From positions 1 through 43,685 of IMG/VR virus record IMGVR_UViG_3300032233_002662: a stretch of DNA of 43,685 bases. One strand, given 5' to 3'. This document shows positions 37,968-43,685 of this stretch, piece after piece. The DNA is from a virus. Taxonomy: Duplodnaviria > Caudoviricetes. The translations under genes were made by a program, and so were the position numbers. Every line of letters begins with the position of its first letter. Within the stretch, counting starts at the first letter, position 1. The notes under the pieces are model-generated. The model was not told the origin of the DNA. It worked only from the letters and a program-made list of their open reading frames with translations, and ran no database searches.

Positions 37968-38497
37968 TGGATATTAAAGAATATATTAAATTACTTGCAC
38001 GCGAGATATTAGACGAAATGTCTGTTTCTGGTGATGCTGGTGGTTATTTAACTCCCCAAGCATTTGCTAAAAAAGGACAAGGCCTAAATGCAGCTACTAA
38101 ACAAGCACAAAGATCAGGATGGAAATTAGCAGGTGGAATACCTAAAAATTCCAAAGTACTTGATTATAAAGAATTATGGAAAGGTAAAAAATCCGCTATG
38201 AACGAAACATTACTACAAATTATCGAGCAAGAATTACTTAACGAAGTAACATACAATAAATTTAAAAAAGACGTAAAATTCCGTACTAAAAACGAACAAC
38301 TACACAAAGCAATTCGTGAAGTAAAACGTAAATTAGCTGAAATTGATCGTATTGTAGAATATACATCACGCATGAAGCAAGAGCTTCAAGAAGGTGATGA
38401 AGGTGTAAAATATTGGAAAGCAACACAAAAGAATGTTGCTACTATTTCCGAAATGGTAAACCAACTTAACAATAAAATTAAAAATCTCCAGCAATAA
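37967..38497 (+). CDS. putative head protein
   Basis: GTG start; leader ending ILDE; YLTPQAF; C-terminal coiled coil. Confidence 0.65.
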   Translation: MDIKEYIKLLAREILDEMSVSGDAGGYLTPQAFAKKGQGLNAATKQAQRSGWKLAGGIPKNSKVLDYKELWKGKKSAMNETLLQIIEQELLNEVTYNKFKKDVKFRTKNEQLHKAIREVKRKLAEIDRIVEYTSRMKQELQEGDEGVKYWKATQKNVATISEMVNQLNNKIKNLQQ

Positions 38498-38628
38498 TGG
38501 CAAAGGGTAAAGGTGGTGGAACATCACAAAAATTATCATTCGGTAAACGCAAAAAAGGTAAAGCAAAAAAATCATATAACAAGCATGATCGTTCTGAAAA
38601 AAACTATCGTGGACAAGGAAAAGCATAA
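38497..38628 (+). CDS. small basic protein (43 aa, not in the ORF track)
   Basis: MAKGKGGGTSQKLSFGKRKKGKAKKSYNKHDRSEKNYRGQGKA. TAATG-coupled and fills the gap exactly. Confidence 0.7.
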   Translation: MAKGKGGGTSQKLSFGKRKKGKAKKSYNKHDRSEKNYRGQGKA

Positions 38629-38633
38629 CAATT

Positions 38634-40262
38634 ATGAAAAGTATACAAAACCAGTACATTGATTTAAAGGAAGGAAGAATGTCACAAGCGAACTTTATGA
38701 GAAACGTTCGTATGACTTTACCTCAATACGTTACTAATGTAACTTCATTTAAAGATACTGTTCGCATTCTTAAAAATAAGGCTATATTAAATGAAGCTAT
38801 GGGTGATGATCCTATTGAAGCTACTCTTAAATCTTATTTAGCTAAAGGAAATTCATATGCCGAGGCTATTGAATTAACTGCTGCTGAGCAAGGTATGGAT
38901 GAAGAAGTACTTATGTCTCAATATCCACAAGATGCTGTTGATACTGAAGGATACGAAGATGAAGGAGATGATGAAGAATTTATTGACATGATTGCTAAAG
39001 CCGAAAAGGACAAAGAAGAAGAAGAAGCAATTAAAAGTGGTTTTGGAATTTATGATCCACTAGAAGAAGATGATGACGAAGATGAAGCACCTGAAGATTA
39101 TGAAGATCCTGATATGTTTGATGCTTATGGTATGGATGCAAGTGAAGGTTTAAAAACTGTTAAAGAACCAAATCCAAATGCTGATAAATATAGAATAACA
39201 AGCATTGACGGAAAGATGGTAATTGCTAAAGATTTTTTTGATTCAATGGAAGCTGCCCAAGAATATGCTAGGAAAAATATAAGAACAAGTTATAAAATTG
39301 TAAAATTACCTGCTGAAAGATCTGTGTATAAAAAAATAGATGAAGGTAAAAAGAAAAGAGAACCTAAAGCTGAATTACATCCAAATCAAATCCACCCACA
39401 AGAATTAAGGATGGGTATTAAAGTTGAATTGGAACATACAGACGATTTAGATAAAGCTAAAAAAATTGCTTTAGATCATTTAGCCGAAAATCCATTCTAC
39501 TATACTGCACTTAAACTCTCAGGAATTGAATCACCTTCAGCTCCTAAAGCTAAATATCCTGTAGCATTTAAAAAAGAAGTAACAGCTGCCGTTGAATTAG
39601 TTGATAAGATTAATGCAATGAAACCTGTTAAAGGTATTGAAAAAGCTAAAGCATCTTCTAATAAAGCACGTAAAGAAACTAATAAAATTGTTAAAGGTGT
39701 TGAAGAATTAACTCACAATGCTCAAACTGTTCGTGGCTTACAAAAGTTTGCTGCTACTGGTGGTAAAATGAAAACAGTTAAATCAATATATGAGGCAAAA
39801 TTCAATGCAATGCCTGGTGAAAAACCAAACGCTACTGTTCAACGTGCTATGGGTTTTATCCAATCTAACCCAGTATTAAGGCAAATATCTGATTTAATCA
39901 CATTACAAAATGATGGTGAAAATGCTATTTTAAGATATGACTATTATAAAGCATTACCTGATGAAGCATATAACAAATTAGAATTACAATTTTTTGTTGA
40001 AGATGATTTTGAAGGAAGTGATGAAGATGGTGGAGATGATTTTGAAACCAGCGGTGGAACCCAAAACAAAATTGCTTACATTTTATATCCAAAGAAAAAA
40101 GCAGGTAATTTAGGTGCATCACTAGAAATGGGAGCAAGTAAAGCAAGTAAAATGGATGCCTTTAAAGAATCATTAGAAAAACTCGTACGTGAAGTATTAG
40201 ATGAAATGTATGATGGTGGTGATGATATGAGTCCTCAATATGCTCAAGACGAAACTAAATAA
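38634..40262 (+). CDS. mosaic acidic/basic head protein with DUF5661-like domain
   Basis: ELRMGIKVELEHT...IALDHLAENPFYYT; acidic tracts; several L/I-x-E junctions. Confidence 0.6.
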   Translation: MKSIQNQYIDLKEGRMSQANFMRNVRMTLPQYVTNVTSFKDTVRILKNKAILNEAMGDDPIEATLKSYLAKGNSYAEAIELTAAEQGMDEEVLMSQYPQDAVDTEGYEDEGDDEEFIDMIAKAEKDKEEEEAIKSGFGIYDPLEEDDDEDEAPEDYEDPDMFDAYGMDASEGLKTVKEPNPNADKYRITSIDGKMVIAKDFFDSMEAAQEYARKNIRTSYKIVKLPAERSVYKKIDEGKKKREPKAELHPNQIHPQELRMGIKVELEHTDDLDKAKKIALDHLAENPFYYTALKLSGIESPSAPKAKYPVAFKKEVTAAVELVDKINAMKPVKGIEKAKASSNKARKETNKIVKGVEELTHNAQTVRGLQKFAATGGKMKTVKSIYEAKFNAMPGEKPNATVQRAMGFIQSNPVLRQISDLITLQNDGENAILRYDYYKALPDEAYNKLELQFFVEDDFEGSDEDGGDDFETSGGTQNKIAYILYPKKKAGNLGASLEMGASKASKMDAFKESLEKLVREVLDEMYDGGDDMSPQYAQDETK

Positions 40263-40263
40263 C

Positions 40264-40881
40264 ATGAACAAATCATTATTGATAGACCACACATCATTTA
40301 AAGTAGCTAACTTAACAATTTTAGAAAATAAACAGTTAGGTGAAGGTAAATCTTTAGTTACCCTTAAAGGTAAACTACAAGAAGCCGAGCAAAAAAATGG
40401 TAATGGTCGTGTATATCCTCGTAACATTCTTGAAAGAGAAGTAAAGAAATATGCAGATGGACCGGTAAAAACACGCACTGCTTTAGGTGAATTAGATCAT
40501 CCTGAAGCATCTGTTGTTAATTTATCAAATACTTCACACGTTATTACTGAAGTATGGTGGGAAGGAAACGATTTAATGGGTAAACTACAACTATTACCTA
40601 CACCAGCAGGTAACATTGCTAAAGCATTAGTAATGGCTGGTATTCCACTTGGAATATCTTCAAGAGCCATGGGGAGTGTTAAGCAGTTAGGAGAAACGGT
40701 AGAAGTGCAAGACGATCTAGAGCTCATTTGTTGGGATCTAGTATCAGTACCTTCAACGCCGATGGCTTATATGTCATTAGCTGAATCTAAGCAACATAAA
40801 TCTACAAAAGATTATAGTAAAGTAAATAGTTTAATAACTGAAATTATTTGTAACGCAACCGGTGTTTGTCCGTTATGTTAA
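40264..40881 (+). CDS. prohead core protease (T4 gp21-like)
   Basis: NGNGRVYP, ALGELDHP, GISSRAMGS and WDLVSVPS motifs. Start re-assigned to the ATG at 40264. Confidence 0.95.
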   Translation: MNKSLLIDHTSFKVANLTILENKQLGEGKSLVTLKGKLQEAEQKNGNGRVYPRNILEREVKKYADGPVKTRTALGELDHPEASVVNLSNTSHVITEVWWEGNDLMGKLQLLPTPAGNIAKALVMAGIPLGISSRAMGSVKQLGETVEVQDDLELICWDLVSVPSTPMAYMSLAESKQHKSTKDYSKVNSLITEIICNATGVCPLC

Positions 40882-42371
40882 AATTATTAGATATATTAGA
40901 AGAAGGAACACTTCAACTTACTCCTGATGAAAGAAATCAGGTAGAAGAAATACTTCCGGATATTATAGATACAATATCGGGCAGATATATAGGAGATAAC
41001 ATGGCCCAAACAGTAGGTATTATCAAATATCTCTCGGCAGATAAAACTCCTAGTGAAGTTAAAATACAAGTAGGTAATAATTTATCACAAAAAAATGCTA
41101 ATGGTTATTATCAAACTAATGACCCAAAAAATCCAACAGATAATATAATTTTACTACAACAATTCCATTTTCAACCATATTTTAATAAAATTGGAAAACT
41201 ATACAGTACGGCTACTGGAGATAAAAATCCAGGCATAGAAGCAGTGAGACGAGTTTTAAAACACGAATTAATACACGCAAAAGATCCATCAGTAAATCAA
41301 CATTATCTTAAAGAACCCTATGACTCAAGTGATAATTCAGTATACTATAAATCATGGGCTGAATTTCAAACTATGACTGGGCAATTTTTTGAAGCAATTA
41401 CTACAGGAGTAGATAGAGCTTTAAATTCGGGTATGCCAAAAGAAAAAATATCAAGAGCCCTTGATAATATATTAAAAACATATGCAGGAAAAGAGGTACT
41501 AACACAAGATACAGCTGATTTTATTCAAGATACTGGAAAAAGAAATATATTTCAATCTTTAATTAAATTTGCTGAAAATATTATTAGCAACATAACAGGA
41601 ATTAGTGTTTTGGGTGCTTTAGATGCATATGTCCTCTATTTAAAAAATATAAAACAATACAACCCAGAAGGATATAAAGAATTTTTAACTGATTTATATA
41701 AAACAATAGACCAAGCTAAAGATAAACTCAATAATTTACAAGAAATGAAATATATTAATGAAGCAAAAAGATTTCAACAATTAGCCGGCATTATAACTGA
41801 AGTAGAAACAGAACAATCTGCCGCTCCCGTAGATGATCCTGAAATAGATGCAGCGATGAAAGCAGGTTTATCTGTTTTAACTACAGAGGCTAAATTTTTA
41901 GATGAAATTAAAGATGAAAATCAACCTCAAGAACTTAATGAAAGTGTTCTTGCTTTAATAGGAAGTGGATTATTAGCGGCTCCTAAAATAATAGAATGGA
42001 TAGGTAAAGCTATAGCATTTATTTCTAAACCTTTTATGAAAAATAAAGATGAGAATGCTATTGCTGAAAAAATAGTACATTTTGCTCATAAATGGGAAAA
42101 ATTATATATAAAAGCTATTATATGGGGAATTAAAAAAACTAAATTTGTTCAACAAATATGGATGACTCCTGATGGAAATATAGATGAACAAAAATTAGTA
42201 GTAGTAGCTAAATACCTATATGCTGGGGTTCTAGCATTAGCTATGGGACAAGCAATAGGAGCCGTTTTAGGACCTTCATCTGCTATTATAAAAGCTATTG
42301 AAGGTAGTTTAGGTACTGTTAAAGCAGTAGAAATTGCACAAATTGCTTCAAAAATAAAGGGACAACTTTAA
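40875..42371 (+). CDS. putative internal virion polyprotein: zincin-like (HELIH) domain plus hydrophobic C-terminal domain
   Basis: Leader MLKLLDILEE; LKHELIH...AEFQ; internal LQEMKYINEAKRFQQLAGIITE; two hydrophobic helices near the C-terminus. Confidence 0.6.
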   Translation: MLKLLDILEEGTLQLTPDERNQVEEILPDIIDTISGRYIGDNMAQTVGIIKYLSADKTPSEVKIQVGNNLSQKNANGYYQTNDPKNPTDNIILLQQFHFQPYFNKIGKLYSTATGDKNPGIEAVRRVLKHELIHAKDPSVNQHYLKEPYDSSDNSVYYKSWAEFQTMTGQFFEAITTGVDRALNSGMPKEKISRALDNILKTYAGKEVLTQDTADFIQDTGKRNIFQSLIKFAENIISNITGISVLGALDAYVLYLKNIKQYNPEGYKEFLTDLYKTIDQAKDKLNNLQEMKYINEAKRFQQLAGIITEVETEQSAAPVDDPEIDAAMKAGLSVLTTEAKFLDEIKDENQPQELNESVLALIGSGLLAAPKIIEWIGKAIAFISKPFMKNKDENAIAEKIVHFAHKWEKLYIKAIIWGIKKTKFVQQIWMTPDGNIDEQKLVVVAKYLYAGVLALAMGQAIGAVLGPSSAIIKAIEGSLGTVKAVEIAQIASKIKGQL

Positions 42372-42386
42372 TAATATTTAAATAAA

Positions 42387-42494
42387 ATGGCAAAAGCAAA
42401 ACCAAAATCAAGACCGATGATATCAAGAAAGAACGGTCTTAAACATAAAAAAAGAATAGAACAAAATAATCAAATTTTAAAACAGTTTAATTAA
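42387..42494 (+). CDS. small basic protein (35 aa, not in the ORF track)
   Basis: MAKAKPKSRPMISRKNGLKHKKRIEQNNQILKQFN fills the gap between two genes. Confidence 0.6.
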   Translation: MAKAKPKSRPMISRKNGLKHKKRIEQNNQILKQFN

Positions 42495-42495
42495 A

Positions 42496-43320
42496 ATGAC
42501 ACAATTAATAAACGAAGCAAAACGTTGGCAAAAATTAGCTAATATTCTTATTGAGGCAGTAGAAGTACCATCTTGGTTAGCAGGTAAGTTAGAAGATGTT
42601 CATACTAAACCTGGACAAGGTTCAATATTTGCTAAATCTATTAGTGATGTATTAAAATTAGCACAAGATGCTTTGGATAAAGAACAAAACATTGATAAAA
42701 TTGCTAATAGCACAGGCACACTAACAATAAAATCACCTAGTATTGGATATAATTTAGTATTACCTATTGATAAAGCAAAAGCATTACCTGGAGCTAAAGA
42801 AAGTGAAGTAGAAAAAATTGAAGGTCCCAATAGAATAAAAGTACCTGCTATTACTACTACTGCACCTATGGATCAATTTAAAACAGATCAATTAACAGTT
42901 ATTGTTCGTCCTAAAAAAGATGAAAGTGGTGCTGTTATTCCTAATGAATATATCGTATTGTCTGCTTTCCCTGGTGATCCTAGTATTCCTAGAGCATCAG
43001 AGTGGGGCGGAAAGTATGCTGTAATTATTCCTAGTGGTAAATTAGATCTAGAAGAAGGAATGCAATATTTTCATAATGGAGCTGATATGAATCAAATCAT
43101 CAATTATGATGATAGTGATATAACAGACGATTTAGAATCATTTGGCCAAGGATCAATGGATGGCCAAGACTTTCAACCAGGACAAATATATAATATTGGA
43201 GGACAAGAATATAAAGTAGAACCTCAAGGTGACGAATTTAAACTTGTTTTAGCTGAATCATTTGATCAATTAGACGAAATCGTTGATAGAGTATTAGCAA
43301 AAATACGCAATATTAAATAA
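42496..43320 (+). CDS. putative internal virion protein
   Basis: The N-terminus MTQLINEAKRWQKLANILIE matches the internal motif of the upstream gene. Confidence 0.6.
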   Translation: MTQLINEAKRWQKLANILIEAVEVPSWLAGKLEDVHTKPGQGSIFAKSISDVLKLAQDALDKEQNIDKIANSTGTLTIKSPSIGYNLVLPIDKAKALPGAKESEVEKIEGPNRIKVPAITTTAPMDQFKTDQLTVIVRPKKDESGAVIPNEYIVLSAFPGDPSIPRASEWGGKYAVIIPSGKLDLEEGMQYFHNGADMNQIINYDDSDITDDLESFGQGSMDGQDFQPGQIYNIGGQEYKVEPQGDEFKLVLAESFDQLDEIVDRVLAKIRNIK

Positions 43321-43347
43321 ATAATTCGCGTCTTACAATATCTACAT

Positions 43348-43380
43348 ATATTTATGGGCATCCTACAATAGGTTGCCCAT
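43348..43380 (+). promoter_or_regulatory. ATATTTAT motif overlapping a stem-loop at the start of the scaffold leader
   Basis: ATGGGCA-T-CCTA-CAA-TAGG-T-TGCCCAT at 43354-43380. Confidence 0.55.
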
Positions 43381-43470
43381 TCTTTATGCAACCTCGGGTA
43401 TATTACAAAACCCCACATTAAGATTCCTAATAATCTTATTTCCGTAATTAAATTTAAGGAGAAACAATTT

Positions 43471-43685
43471 ATGTCAAACAAAGACCTATTTAAAGAGGCC
43501 ATCGCCGACGCTAAAGCCGTTCGCGAAGCTGCGTTAGCAAACGCAAAAGTTGCTCTTGAAGAAGCTCTCGCTCCAAAACTTCAATCCATGTTGTCTGCAA
43601 AGTTACAAGAAATGGATATGGATATGGATGAGGCTGAAGAAGAGAAACTTGAAGAAAAATCACTCGGTCAAGACACTTATCGTAC
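43471..43685 (+). CDS. prohead scaffold/core protein, 5' part (partial)
   Basis: MSNKDLFKEAIADAKAVREAALANAKVALEEALAPKLQSMLSAKLQE followed by an acidic tract. Lies downstream of the protease, with AAGGAG upstream. Confidence 0.7.
   Translation, partial: MSNKDLFKEAIADAKAVREAALANAKVALEEALAPKLQSMLSAKLQEMDMDMDEAEEEKLEEKSLGQDTYR

Noticed and set aside
38497-42494. Phage-encoded ribosomal protein bS21
   Set aside because: The two small basic ORFs lack the bS21 pattern (ALKxFKR...KPS).
1324-43502. All minus-strand ORFs and the short out-of-frame plus-strand ORFs in the track
   Set aside because: They lie within or across well-supported plus-strand genes or the scaffold leader and have no motifs. 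They are shadow ORFs.
1-43685. Stop-codon reassignment (as in some large Bacteroidota phages)
   Set aside because: Standard-code ORFs tile the window densely. TAG (7841, 25891, 28080, 32962) and TGA (8809, 33580) act as real stops.
1-43685. CRISPR array, tRNA or rRNA genes
   Set aside because: There are no regularly spaced repeats or cloverleaf/T-loop signatures, and the intergenic gaps are too short.

Overview
This AT-rich window lies entirely on the + strand and comes from a large T4-like (Caudoviricetes) phage. It holds baseplate/tail genes, a GIY-YIG nuclease, primase and exonuclease, a long run of putative internal head proteins, and the head-assembly core (large terminase, portal, prohead protease, start of the scaffold). 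The host is probably Bacteroidota: the window has a Bacteroidota-type TonB receptor and lipoprotein, A-rich start regions mostly lacking SD sites, and TAnnTTT-like promoters. Two systems stand out. (1) A coupled cassette at 9620-14623 encodes a TonB-dependent transporter, a surface lipoprotein, a GT2 glycosyltransferase and a PlcP-like metallophosphoesterase. It looks like a phage-borne module for phosphorus scavenging and membrane-lipid remodelling. (2) About 13 unrelated proteins share short leaders ending in (L/I)-x-E, a T4 gp21-type cleavage site. Their cargo includes an ADP-ribosyltransferase-like enzyme, Pol-beta nucleotidyltransferases, an HxGH transferase and zincin peptidases, some as polyproteins with L-x-E at the domain junctions. 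This suggests a modular arsenal of effectors that are capsid-targeted, protease-released and injected. Two promoter-like motif classes, promoter-overlapping hairpins and a split baseplate gene flanking a glycosyltransferase are also visible. All functional calls come from motif recognition by eye; no searches were run.
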